DNA of 64,000 nucleotides from an uncultured Phascolarctobacterium sp. (GCA_900552005.1 URXU01000009.1:5045-69044), one strand, 5' to 3'. Positions 40,735-50,069 are shown, counted from the stretch's first letter. Translations and numbers: made by a program. Notes: generated by a model from the letters alone, not told the origin.

Positions 40735-42015
40735 TCAAATATTATGCAACGCATTTTCCAGATCTTCCAAAAGATCATCGGCATTTTCCAGCCCTACAGA
40801 AATTCTTACGGTCCCGGAACTTATCCCCGCTGCCAGCAGCGCTTCTTCGCTAAGCTGCTGATGAGTAGTTGACGCGGGATGAATAACCAGCGACTTGCTG
40901 TCGCCAACATTGGCTAAATTGGAAAAAATTTCCAGATTATCAATAAAACGGCAGGCAGCTTCATAACCCCCGCATAAATCTATGGAAAAAATGGAGCCGC
41001 AGCCAGCTGGCAAATATTTTTTGGCCAGCTGCTGATAGGGATTGCCATCAAGTTCCGGATAATTAACCCTGTCCACAGCGGGATGCCGGTTTAAAAAAGC
41101 TGTAAGCTTTCTTGTGTTTTCAACATGTCTTTCAATTCTTAAGGATAAGGTTTCCAGCCCCTGCACCAAAAGCCAGGCATTGAAAGGGCTTAAAGCAGCT
41201 CCAGTATCACGCAGTAATTTTGCTCTGATACGCGTTACAAAGCCGCATCCAGGCAAATCACGTACAAAATTAATTCCATGGTAGGAAGCATCCGCTCTGT
41301 CCAGCTTGGTAAATCTACCAGAGGCAGCCCAGTCAAATTGGCCGTTTTCAATAATCACCCCGCCAATACTGGTACCATGACCGCCCATAAACTTGGTGCA
41401 GGAATGAATAACAATATCCGCACCAAAATCAAAAGGTCGGAACAGATATGGCGTAGCAAAAGTATTGTCTACAAAAACAGGCAGACCATGCCGATGTGCA
41501 AGCTCCGTAATCTTTTCAAAATCAGGAATATTAATAGCAGGATTGCCCAATGTTTCCAAAAAAATCAGCTTGGTACGCTCATTAATCAGCTCCGCGAAAT
41601 TCTGCGGATGATCAGGATTGACAAAATGCGCGGTAATGCCGTACTCCGGCAGGGTTTCCACAAATAAATTATATGTACCGCCATAAATTGTTGATGCGGC
41701 AATAATCTCATCACCCTGGCTGCATAAATTGAGTACGGCATAAGTAACGGCAGCAGAACCGCTGGCTACAGCAACAGCTGCCGTACCTCCTTCCAGCGCA
41801 GCACAGCGTTTTTCCAGCACATCTGTAGTCGGATTATGCAGTCTGGAGTAAATATAGCCTTCCTCCTGCAAATCAAATAATGCGGATGCTGTTTTTGTAT
41901 CCTTAAAGACATAAGAAGTTGTCTGATACAGCGGCAGGGCTCGCGAGCCTGTAACAGGATCGGGCTGCTGGCCGGCATGCTGCTGTAATGTTTCAAAACG
42001 ATATTGTTTTTTCAT
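40735..42015 (-). CDS. metY: O-acetylhomoserine aminocarboxypropyltransferase (sulfhydrylase)
   Basis: 426 aa PLP enzyme with the lysine motif HSCTKFMGGHG. Confidence 0.9.
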   Translation of the reverse strand: MKKQYRFETLQQHAGQQPDPVTGSRALPLYQTTSYVFKDTKTASALFDLQEEGYIYSRLHNPTTDVLEKRCAALEGGTAAVAVASGSAAVTYAVLNLCSQGDEIIAASTIYGGTYNLFVETLPEYGITAHFVNPDHPQNFAELINERTKLIFLETLGNPAINIPDFEKITELAHRHGLPVFVDNTFATPYLFRPFDFGADIVIHSCTKFMGGHGTSIGGVIIENGQFDWAASGRFTKLDRADASYHGINFVRDLPGCGFVTRIRAKLLRDTGAALSPFNAWLLVQGLETLSLRIERHVENTRKLTAFLNRHPAVDRVNYPELDGNPYQQLAKKYLPAGCGSIFSIDLCGGYEAACRFIDNLEIFSNLANVGDSKSLVIHPASTTHQQLSEEALLAAGISSGTVRISVGLENADDLLEDLENALHNI

Positions 42016-42055
42016 AATTGTTTCCTCCTAAATGTCTTGTTACGCTCAAAAAGAA

Positions 42056-42345
42056 AATAAAAAACTTCCGTTCCTGCACCAATATGCAGGGACGGAAGTA
42101 CCGTGATACCACCCTAATTCATTCATTACTCACATAATGAACCTCTTCAAGTACGCGGAATAAAATTCTTGAATACTCTAGTGCTGTAACGGGCACCCCC
42201 GGACGGTTTAAATAAATTCGACCAGTCTGCTCCAAGGCCATCTTCGGTAAAAACTTCAGCATCTCCTTGCACCGAACAGAGACTCTCTGCAGCATCCGTT
42301 TTTTACTTACTCTTCTTTTCATTGCAATAACAATTTGAAATTTGA
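42056..42345 (-). promoter_or_regulatory. T-box riboswitch leader of metY-metA
   Basis: Minus strand carries the T-box sequence AATTAGGGTGGTATCACGG (42101-42119). It is followed by the terminator ACTTCCGTCCCTGCA-loop-TGCAGGAACGGAAGT plus T run. Upstream are AGAGAG and GGTGCAAG Stem I elements and an AUG in the specifier region (42239-42241). Confidence 0.8.
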
Positions 42346-42350
42346 TAAGT

Positions 42351-42379
42351 AAGATACCATAGTTAGATGGTCGAGTCAA
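42351..42379 (-). promoter_or_regulatory. sigma70-like promoter of the T-box leader
   Basis: Minus strand TTGACT, 17 nt spacer, TATCTT. Confidence 0.5.
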
Positions 42380-42440
42380 TAAATATTTTACACTTTTTTG
42401 TTTTTTAGACATATATTATTATTTTTTGTAACATTTTAAC

Positions 42441-42470
42441 AAAAAGCCCGTTGTCATTTCTGACAACGGG
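42441..42470 (-). terminator. intrinsic terminator after tRNA-Arg
   Basis: Minus strand CCCGTTGTCA-GAAA-TGACAACGGG followed by CTTTTTG. Confidence 0.8.
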
Positions 42471-42479
42471 CATATTTAC

Positions 42480-42556
42480 TGGTGTTCCTGGGCAGATTCG
42501 AACTGCCGACCTACCGCTTAGGAGGCGGTTGCTCTATCCAACTGAGCTACAGAAAC
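42480..42556 (-). tRNA. tRNA-Arg (anticodon CCU)
   Basis: 77-nt cloverleaf folded by hand: acceptor GTTTCTG/CAGGAAC, D arm GCTC..GAGC, anticodon stem ACCGC/GCGGT with loop CTCCTAA, T arm GGCAG-TTCGAAT-CTGCC, encoded CCA. Confidence 0.92.
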
Positions 42557-42564
42557 AAATATAA

Positions 42565-42870
42565 TTATAATTTTTCAGCCATTCCCGGAGGCATGCTCCA
42601 TTCTACTCGTACATCGGTATGTACCCATAGTCTTGTGAGGCATGTTTTAAAATTCTCCAGACTGGATAACGGTTCTAAAGTTTTGGTTACAAAATTGCGG
42701 ATAGTTTCACCTTCCGGAATATCCAGAGTCAACGGCTGAGCCAAAAATTTCTCCACCTTTTCTCTGGCCTCCGCCACCGGCAAAACAACCTGCGCAGTCC
42801 TGCTTTCTTCGTCATATTCCACGTAACCGTAATTACAATGATAATTTAGGGTAACCGCAAATTTACTCAT
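42565..42870 (-). CDS. hypothetical protein (101 aa), no family recognised
   Basis: Strong RBS TAGGAGGGG 5 nt before the ATG at 42870. Ends 8 nt before the tRNA-Arg 5' end. Confidence 0.55.
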   Translation of the reverse strand: MSKFAVTLNYHCNYGYVEYDEESRTAQVVLPVAEAREKVEKFLAQPLTLDIPEGETIRNFVTKTLEPLSSLENFKTCLTRLWVHTDVRVEWSMPPGMAEKL

Positions 42871-42897
42871 ACAACCCCTCCTAAAACTGCTCCATTT

Positions 42898-42926
42898 ATT
42901 ATAACAATTTCCCAACGGAAGAGCAA
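42898..42926 (-). promoter_or_regulatory. candidate sigma70-like promoter for the small ORF / tRNA-Arg unit
   Basis: Minus strand TTGCTC, 17 nt spacer, TATAAT, between the ppk stop and the small ORF. Confidence 0.4.
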
Positions 42927-42933
42927 TATTTAT

Positions 42934-45036
42934 TTATCGGCGGCTGTACATGGGCTGCAATCGTGCTTCCATGGGTATCTTATCGGCGGCAGCTGCCAGC
43001 TGTGCCATTTCATACAGAGTATTCTGTGCGCTGACTACTTCCGCTTTATTGCGTACTCTGCGATAAGCGCCATTGGACTGCATCATATGCGCGCCTACAT
43101 TATCACGCAGATACAGATCAAGAATGGCCTTAACACGTTTAATATGTTCTTCACTTTCCACCGGGAAGAATAATTCCACACGATCATTCAAGTTACGCGG
43201 CATCCAGTCGGCGCTGGAAAGATACAATTGCTCATCTCCGCCGTTGGCAAACCAGAAAATGCGGCTATGCTCCAGCTGGCGTCCAACGATGCTGCGCACA
43301 GTAATATTGTCGCTGATGCCCTCAATACCTGTTTTCAGACCGCAAATACCACGCACAATTAATTCAATTTGTACACCGTTGGCAGATGCTTCATACAATT
43401 TCTGAATTACCGGCTGATCAATCAACGAATTCATCTTGGCAATAATATGTCCGCCCCTGCCGGATTGCGCCATATAGATTTCATTGTCAATCAGCGAGTA
43501 GATCTTTTCACGCAGCCCAAGGGGAGCCATCACCAGTTTATTCCAAACCGGCGGTTCTGAATAACCTGACAGCAGGTTAAAGAATGCGGAAGCATCGCTG
43601 CCGAACTGGTCATTAGCCGTCATCAGGCCCAAATCAGTATACAGCTTAGCCGTATTATCATTATAGTTGCCGGTGCCTAGATGCAGGTAACGTTTTATAC
43701 CATTGGCTTCCTTACGCACAATGAGAATGATTTTGGCATGTGTTTTAAGGCCTACCAGACCGTAGATAACATGGCAGCCGGCCTGTTCCAACCTTCTGGC
43801 CCAGATAATATTGTTTTCTTCGTCAAAGCGTGCCTTTAATTCTACCAGTACAGTAACCTGCTTGCCGTTTTCTGCTGCACGGGCCAAAGCTGCTACAATG
43901 GGAGAATTGCCGCTTACACGGTACAAAGTTTGTTTGATTGCCAGCACCTTCGGATCATCTGCCGCATCATTAACCAGTTTTACTACCGGATCAAAGGATT
44001 CATAGGGATGATGCAGCAAAATATCTTTTTTGCTGATTGCGGCAAAAAGATCGCTGTCATCGGGCAGTTCCAGCGGACGCTGCGGTACAAATGGCTCATA
44101 CAGCCAGGGCCACATGCCCGGCAAAGACGTAAATTTAAAGAAACAGGTGGGGTCAAGCGCGCCATTAACTTCATATACTTCCATATCCGTTACATCAAGA
44201 TTTTCTTCCAGGAATTTCTTAATGCGGGTATTGTTGGTTTTAAACAGCTCCAGACGCACCGGCGCCCCGCGTTTGCGTTTACGCAGAGATTTTTCTACTT
44301 CCTGCAGCAAATCGTCAATATCGTCTTCGTCCACATCCAAATCGGAATCGCGGATAATACGGAAAGGCACCAAATCAAGAATTTTGCAGCCATTAAACAG
44401 GTCGGCACAATGATTGGCAATTATATCTTCCAAAAAGACAAAGGTACGTTTATCATCTGTTGGTACTTCCGTAATCCTGTTAAGTACGGACGGTACCTGC
44501 ACCAAGCCCATGCTGTGTTCACCTTCGTTATTTACCAGTTCCACTGCCAGATTCAGCGTCTTGTTGGCTAAAAACGGGAACGGACGGGAGGCGTCAATGG
44601 CCATGGGTGTCAATACCGGATAAACCAGCTCCCGATAATATTCTTCCAGCCAGTTGCGTCCTTCCTCACTGAGTTCTTCAACATGCCTGAAATGCAGTCC
44701 TACGCCATCCATCTCCGCCAGCAGGGCCTGCAAATACTTGTACATGGTACGCACCTGTTCATGGGCCGCTTCAGAAATAGCATCCAGCTGTTCCTTGACG
44801 GACATCCCTGCCGCATCACGTTTTTCCACGCCATTATCATAACTGCTCCACAAGCCGGCAACGCGTACCATGAAAAATTCATCCAGATTAGACGCCGTAA
44901 TGGCAATAAATTTCAGGCGCTCCAGCAAAGGCCTGTCTTCCACCATTGATTCCTTAAGAACTCTCAGGTTGAATTTCAGCCAGCTGAGCTCTCGATTATA
45001 AAAATACTCCGGTTTATTCAGTTCCAGTTTCTTCAT
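42934..45036 (-). CDS. ppk: polyphosphate kinase 1
   Basis: 700 aa. N-terminus YFNRELSWLKFNLRVL and two PLD-like HKD-type C-terminal domains typical of PPK1. Confidence 0.95.
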   Translation of the reverse strand: MKKLELNKPEYFYNRELSWLKFNLRVLKESMVEDRPLLERLKFIAITASNLDEFFMVRVAGLWSSYDNGVEKRDAAGMSVKEQLDAISEAAHEQVRTMYKYLQALLAEMDGVGLHFRHVEELSEEGRNWLEEYYRELVYPVLTPMAIDASRPFPFLANKTLNLAVELVNNEGEHSMGLVQVPSVLNRITEVPTDDKRTFVFLEDIIANHCADLFNGCKILDLVPFRIIRDSDLDVDEDDIDDLLQEVEKSLRKRKRGAPVRLELFKTNNTRIKKFLEENLDVTDMEVYEVNGALDPTCFFKFTSLPGMWPWLYEPFVPQRPLELPDDSDLFAAISKKDILLHHPYESFDPVVKLVNDAADDPKVLAIKQTLYRVSGNSPIVAALARAAENGKQVTVLVELKARFDEENNIIWARRLEQAGCHVIYGLVGLKTHAKIILIVRKEANGIKRYLHLGTGNYNDNTAKLYTDLGLMTANDQFGSDASAFFNLLSGYSEPPVWNKLVMAPLGLREKIYSLIDNEIYMAQSGRGGHIIAKMNSLIDQPVIQKLYEASANGVQIELIVRGICGLKTGIEGISDNITVRSIVGRQLEHSRIFWFANGGDEQLYLSSADWMPRNLNDRVELFFPVESEEHIKRVKAILDLYLRDNVGAHMMQSNGAYRRVRNKAEVVSAQNTLYEMAQLAAAADKIPMEARLQPMYSRR

Positions 45037-46586
45037 TATTCTTCCACCCGCTCCAATAAAGCTTTCAATCCATAAACTTCCTCAAAAAAGTCTGCCTTGG
45101 CGGCAAAAGTCCATTCTTCCAAAGCCAGATCAACATCGCTGACAGCAAAAACCTGCAGGATATTATCCTTAACCGCTACCGTGCAGCCCTTGACTTTCTG
45201 CAGATAGCTGCGGTCCATGGCATCTGCAATGCGGATGATGGCGGCAATCTTGGCGACAACGGCCACCATATCCTTTTCCACTACCGGCGCCTTGGTATTT
45301 TCCGGTGCAAACAGTTTATTGGCATGATAGTAAGCCGCCAGCGCAATAATTTTCTTGTCGTGATCGCTGAAGCCGAGAATATCCGTTGCCATAATCAGCT
45401 GATATGTATATAGGGAATGGCTGCGCATACAGATATATTTACCGATGTCATGTAAAATAGCGGCGGCGCGCAGCAGCAATCTTTCGTGCTCGCCCATACC
45501 ATAACTTTTAGCCAGCTTATCAAAAATAATCAAAGACAGACGTTCCACTTGTTCTGCATGTTTTTTATCATACGAATAATGTCTGCCAATGCAGTGGAAC
45601 AGACTGATCAGTTCCTGTTCCTGATTTTTTCTAAATTCGCTATTGGTCTTGCAGCCGATATGCAGCAGCTGCATTCCGTCAATAAACCTGTCGCCGGTAA
45701 TGATGATTTCCTGGGCCGGTACCAGATTCAGCAGCTGTTCATACAGCAATACCGTGGGCAGTACCAGCTCCGCAACGCTTTCCTTAATTCCATAGAATTT
45801 AATAATCTGCGGCAGATTGAGCTTGCGCATTTCCTTGAAAAACTGATGAAAATCCTCTGCCTTAATACGATGCACCTTCTGCTGCAGATCAAGATGCATC
45901 ATGCGCAGCAAAAGTTCTGTTTCCGTACCGGACAAGACCAAATATCTTACATGGTCCTGCTTAAGCTCCCGGCGCACCGGACCAATGGTACTGGAAAGAA
46001 ATTCCGTCAGGGCCCTGTTAAAATGCAGGCTTTCGCGTTTATTGCGTTCAAAGCTCTCTTTTATTCTGATAATGCCGATATGGAAATTTTCCTGATATTT
46101 AATCTGTTCGTCCTGCACAAAGGTTACGCCCAGTCCGCCGGAAGAAATATCCATCATCAGCATGCCCTCGCGCTCGCTGGTAATTTTTGCCTCTTTCAGC
46201 GTATTTCTGATAGCGGCAAACTTGGTATAGATTTCCTGCGGCATATCAACAACATCTACAATTAAGCCCGTCTTGCTGTAAATCTGATCCAGCAGAAAAA
46301 TCTGGTTGCGCGCTTCACGCACCGCAGTAGTCGCCTGTAGTTTATATTCTTCCACGCCATATTCTTCCATCAGGCATTTAAAGCCATATAAAATTTCACA
46401 AATTTCACTTACCATGGAAAAGGGAATAATATTATTTTTAAATGTTTCTTCGCCCAGTCTTATTCTTCTGTTGCAGCATTCAATAACCTTATATCTGTCA
46501 ATACCTCGGTATTCGGTAATTTGCATACTGATCATCTCAGAACCAAGATGAATGGCGGCAAAAGTAGTATATGATTTCCTTTTCAT
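45036..46586 (-). CDS. ppx: Ppx/GppA-family phosphatase with C-terminal HD domain (exopolyphosphatase-like)
   Basis: 516 aa. ASKHA N-terminal half and an HD region (AAILHDIGKY). Its stop overlaps the ppk start by 1 nt. Confidence 0.85.
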   Translation of the reverse strand: MKRKSYTTFAAIHLGSEMISMQITEYRGIDRYKVIECCNRRIRLGEETFKNNIIPFSMVSEICEILYGFKCLMEEYGVEEYKLQATTAVREARNQIFLLDQIYSKTGLIVDVVDMPQEIYTKFAAIRNTLKEAKITSEREGMLMMDISSGGLGVTFVQDEQIKYQENFHIGIIRIKESFERNKRESLHFNRALTEFLSSTIGPVRRELKQDHVRYLVLSGTETELLLRMMHLDLQQKVHRIKAEDFHQFFKEMRKLNLPQIIKFYGIKESVAELVLPTVLLYEQLLNLVPAQEIIITGDRFIDGMQLLHIGCKTNSEFRKNQEQELISLFHCIGRHYSYDKKHAEQVERLSLIIFDKLAKSYGMGEHERLLLRAAAILHDIGKYICMRSHSLYTYQLIMATDILGFSDHDKKIIALAAYYHANKLFAPENTKAPVVEKDMVAVVAKIAAIIRIADAMDRSYLQKVKGCTVAVKDNILQVFAVSDVDLALEEWTFAAKADFFEEVYGLKALLERVEE

Positions 46587-46773
46587 CCACTATACCTCCT
46601 TAACTGCATACAAAATAAATTCGCTGTCTGACGAATAAAATCCTGCGGTAATACATACGATTATACATAGATTTTACATTACAAGAATTTTACATTGCGG
46701 GCCGCAGGATTTTTGTAGTTTACGGGTAATATAATATAATAGTATATGTACGAATTATGCAGAGGTGACAAAA

Positions 46774-48294
46774 ATGCAACGAATAGCCATTATCGATATC
46801 GGCTCCAACTCAGCACGTCTTGTTATCAGCCATATCTATAAAAATGGTGCCTATAACATGGTCTATAATCAGAAAGAGGCCCTGCGTCTGAGCCAGAAGG
46901 TGGACGCCAACAATATGCTTACGGAAGAAGCCTTTACTTCCACAATTGAAACGCTGAAAAGCTTTGCTTATATGTGCAATATCTACAAAGCTGATAAAAC
47001 CATTGCCGTAGCCACAGCCGCCATCCGCAACGCAGCCAACGGCAGCGAGCTGGTAGCCAAAGTAAACGAAGAAACGGGCATCCAGCTGCATATTATTTCC
47101 GGCAATACCGAAGCCTATATCAGTTATCTGGGCGTTATTAATACTCTAAACGTGAAAAACGGCATTATCTTTGACCTTGGCGGCGGCAGTACCGAATTAA
47201 TTCTTTTCAAAGACCGCCAAATTATGGATTCCGTTTCCCTGCCCTTTGGCGCCGTAAATACTACGGGAATGTTCAACACCCGCAATGAAATGCCGCCCAA
47301 TGTTTACAGCGATGTCAGCTTCTTTATTATGAGCCGTCTGGCACAATACCCCTGGCTGAAGCAACAGGGACTGCCGCTGATTGGTGTTGGCGGTACTGCC
47401 CGTACCGTAGCCAAAATTATTCAGCGCAGCAAAAAATATCCGGCAACCAAGATTCATAACTATTCTTTCTCCGTCCAGACTTTCCGCGGCTACTTCAACA
47501 AGCTGCGCGGCACCAATCTGGAACAGCGCAAAAAGGTTTCCGGCCTCAGCAGCGAACGTTCTGATATTATTTTGGCAGGCAGCAGCATTATTAACTGTCT
47601 GTTTGATGCTACCGGCTGCAAAAAATTTATTACTTCCGGCTGCGGCCTGCGCGAAGGACTGTTTTTTGATTATTATTCCAAGGCTAATAATATTCCCCTG
47701 ATTGCCGATAATATCTTAAAACGCAGCTGTGAAAATATTCTCAATATGTATACGGACAACACTACGCACAGCCGCCACATTACTGAGCTGGCTCTGAAAA
47801 TGTTCGACAACTGGCCGCAGCTGCACGGACTCGCCAAAAGCACGCGCAAGCTGCTGGAAACCGCAGCGCTACTGCACGATATCGGCATTACCATTAACTT
47901 TTACAGCCATGCCCGCCACAGCGCCTACATGATCCGCAACGCGCAGATTTTCGGTCTTACTCATAAAGAACAGATTATTGCTTCTGCCATTGCCGGCTGG
48001 CATAACGGGGTTTCCAAAAACTATTTCCGTGACCGTTTCTACAAAGAAATGCTTAATGACGAAAACTGGAAAACCATCAATAAGCTGGCCCTGCTGCTGG
48101 CACTGGCTGAAAGCCTCGATTATTCCCAGACCAATAAGATTCACGATATCAAGCCCTACATAGATAAAGAAGGTCCGGTGCTCAGTGTATTTGCTGATGA
48201 AATTCCCAGTATTGAAATGCACCAGATTAAAACTCATCTGCCCTGGTTTAAAAAAGTTTTCAACACTGAGCTGAAACTACAGCTGGAAAAATAA
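46774..48294 (+). CDS. second Ppx/GppA-family phosphatase with HD domain
   Basis: N-terminus MQRIAIIDIGSNSARLV, DLGGGSTE, HD region AALLHDIG. Divergent from ppx-ppk. Confidence 0.85.
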   Translation: MQRIAIIDIGSNSARLVISHIYKNGAYNMVYNQKEALRLSQKVDANNMLTEEAFTSTIETLKSFAYMCNIYKADKTIAVATAAIRNAANGSELVAKVNEETGIQLHIISGNTEAYISYLGVINTLNVKNGIIFDLGGGSTELILFKDRQIMDSVSLPFGAVNTTGMFNTRNEMPPNVYSDVSFFIMSRLAQYPWLKQQGLPLIGVGGTARTVAKIIQRSKKYPATKIHNYSFSVQTFRGYFNKLRGTNLEQRKKVSGLSSERSDIILAGSSIINCLFDATGCKKFITSGCGLREGLFFDYYSKANNIPLIADNILKRSCENILNMYTDNTTHSRHITELALKMFDNWPQLHGLAKSTRKLLETAALLHDIGITINFYSHARHSAYMIRNAQIFGLTHKEQIIASAIAGWHNGVSKNYFRDRFYKEMLNDENWKTINKLALLLALAESLDYSQTNKIHDIKPYIDKEGPVLSVFADEIPSIEMHQIKTHLPWFKKVFNTELKLQLEK

Positions 48295-48298
48295 ACAC

Positions 48299-48332
48299 AA
48301 AAAAACCGCTGATAACATTCAGCGGTTTTTTT
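48299..48332. terminator. bidirectional terminator between ppx2 and the M20 peptidase gene
   Basis: AAAAAAACCGCTGA-loop-TCAGCGGTTTTTTT. Confidence 0.85.
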
Positions 48333-48343
48333 CTTGCCCGTTT

Positions 48344-49480
48344 TTATTTAGCTGCAGCTTTTAAAATTTCATAAACCAGATAGGCAGAGTTATACAAATC
48401 TTCTTCTTTTAAAAATTCTTCTACAGTATGAACATTGCTCATGCCGGTACCCAAAATAACACAGGGTACGCCGTAGGCATTGATAAAGTTGGCGTCACTG
48501 CCGCCGCCGGTCAAAGTAACATCAGCCTTGAAGCCGCAGGCCTGGCAGGCCGTCTTGGCAAGCTCTACTACTTTGCTGTCTTCAGCTACCAGGAAGGATT
48601 TATATTTGTTTTCCGTAACTGCATCAGCTTTGGCGCCGTATTTTTCCGCACTGGTGCAGATGGTGCTGACAATTTCATCTTTAATGGCTTCCAGTTTTTC
48701 GCTGTTGCGGCTTCTTGCGTCACCTTGAATAACAGCCAGATCAGGTACGATATTAGTTGCCGTACCGCCATTAATAATACCGATATTGCAGGTGGTTTCT
48801 TCATCAATACGGCCGTAACGCTTAACATCAGCCAGCGCCTTGGCGGCAATCATTACGGCATTAATGCCTTTTTCCGGCTCCAATCCGCCATGGGCAGTTT
48901 TGCCGTGAATATTGATCGTATATTTATATTGTCCCGGCGCGCCAATAACAATCTCTCCCGGCGCACCTTCGCTGTCCAGTGCGTAACCAACTTCAGCTTT
49001 CAGCAAGGATTGGTTCATGCAGCGGGAGCCGTTAACGCCTCCTTCTTCAGCAATAGTAAACAGCAGCTGAATATCGCCATGTTCAGCATTTTCTTCCAGC
49101 AGCATGCGTACGCCTTCCAAAATAGCAACCACGCCGGACTTATCGTCTCCGCCTAAAATAGTTGTGCCGTCACTGTAAAGAATGCCGTCTTTCTGCACTA
49201 CGGTAGTGCCGCCGCAGGGTTCAACACCATCCATATGCGCGGAAAGCAGCACGGAGGTAGCGCCGGCCTTATTGCCCGTCAAAAACGCCCACAAATTGCC
49301 GCAGTTGCCACCCAGCTGTTTGCCGGCTTCATCTTCCTGCAGGCTAAAGCCCATGGCAGCAAGCTTGGTCTGCAAAAGCTCCAGAACCGGTCTTTCCTGC
49401 AAGGTGTGGCACGGTACGGCAACAATTTCCTTAAATTCCGCAAGAATTCTTTCCTTATTTAATTCTTTCATTTTTCTCAA
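48344..49480 (-). CDS. M20/M25/M40-family metallopeptidase (tripeptidase-like)
   Basis: 378 aa with metal-ligand blocks SAHMDGV, GGDDKSG and AEEGG. Confidence 0.8.
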   Translation of the reverse strand: MRKMKELNKERILAEFKEIVAVPCHTLQERPVLELLQTKLAAMGFSLQEDEAGKQLGGNCGNLWAFLTGNKAGATSVLLSAHMDGVEPCGGTTVVQKDGILYSDGTTILGGDDKSGVVAILEGVRMLLEENAEHGDIQLLFTIAEEGGVNGSRCMNQSLLKAEVGYALDSEGAPGEIVIGAPGQYKYTINIHGKTAHGGLEPEKGINAVMIAAKALADVKRYGRIDEETTCNIGIINGGTATNIVPDLAVIQGDARSRNSEKLEAIKDEIVSTICTSAEKYGAKADAVTENKYKSFLVAEDSKVVELAKTACQACGFKADVTLTGGGSDANFINAYGVPCVILGTGMSNVHTVEEFLKEEDLYNSAYLVYEILKAAAK

Positions 49481-49511
49481 CGCCTTTCTGCATTTTCTAA
49501 AACCATATTAC

Positions 49512-50069
49512 TTATAAAATACCTGTATGCTCCAGCAATATCTTAACGCCAATCAGCAATAATACACTGCCGCCAAAAACATTGGCTTTTTTGCCCACGG
49601 CAGCGCCCAGGCGAAATCCTGCCAACCCGCCAAAAGCGGAAATCACAAAGGTGACGATACCAATCATTGCTACTGCCAGCCAGATATTGGTATCTAAAAA
49701 TGCCAGGCTGATGCCTACTGCCAGCGCATCAATACTGGTAGCCACCGCCAGCACCAGCATTTCTTTCGTCGTATAACTTTTCTTAATGCTGCAGGAATCC
49801 GACGCTTCACGAATCATATTCGTTCCCAGATAAGCCAGCAGGATAAACGCCACCCAATGATCATAGTCCATAATATAATCGCGGAAGGATAACGCTCCCG
49901 CATATCCTATTAAAGGCATCAGCGCCTGAAAAACACCAAACCAAAGGCCAAAGCGCAAAGCTCCGGCACGCCTGTCAGCAGGTGCCAGCACCATACTGCC
50001 GCACACCGATACGGCAAAAGCATCCATCGCCAGGCTGACGGACAAAAATAATAATTCTACAATCCCCAT
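49512..50069 (-). CDS. mntP: manganese efflux pump MntP
   Basis: About 185 aa, 6 TM segments, duplicated DUF204 motifs (SLAMDAFAVS and ATSIDALAVG). Start at the ATG at 50069. Confidence 0.85.
   Translation of the reverse strand: MGIVELLFLSVSLAMDAFAVSVCGSMVLAPADRRAGALRFGLWFGVFQALMPLIGYAGALSFRDYIMDYDHWVAFILLAYLGTNMIREASDSCSIKKSYTTKEMLVLAVATSIDALAVGISLAFLDTNIWLAVAMIGIVTFVISAFGGLAGFRLGAAVGKKANVFGGSVLLLIGVKILLEHTGIL

Noticed and set aside
42119-42412. 97-aa minus-strand ORF between metY and tRNA-Arg
   Set aside because: It coincides with the T-box leader (Stem I, specifier region and T-box sequence) and has no RBS. The RNA element explains the region.
46673-46694. ATTTTACATT x2 direct repeat interpreted as a strict Pho box
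   Set aside because: The two copies are 16 bp apart, not 11. Only when the upstream AATACA/TATACA hexamers are included does an approximately helical phasing appear. It is therefore reported only as a hypothesis, not as an annotated Pho box.
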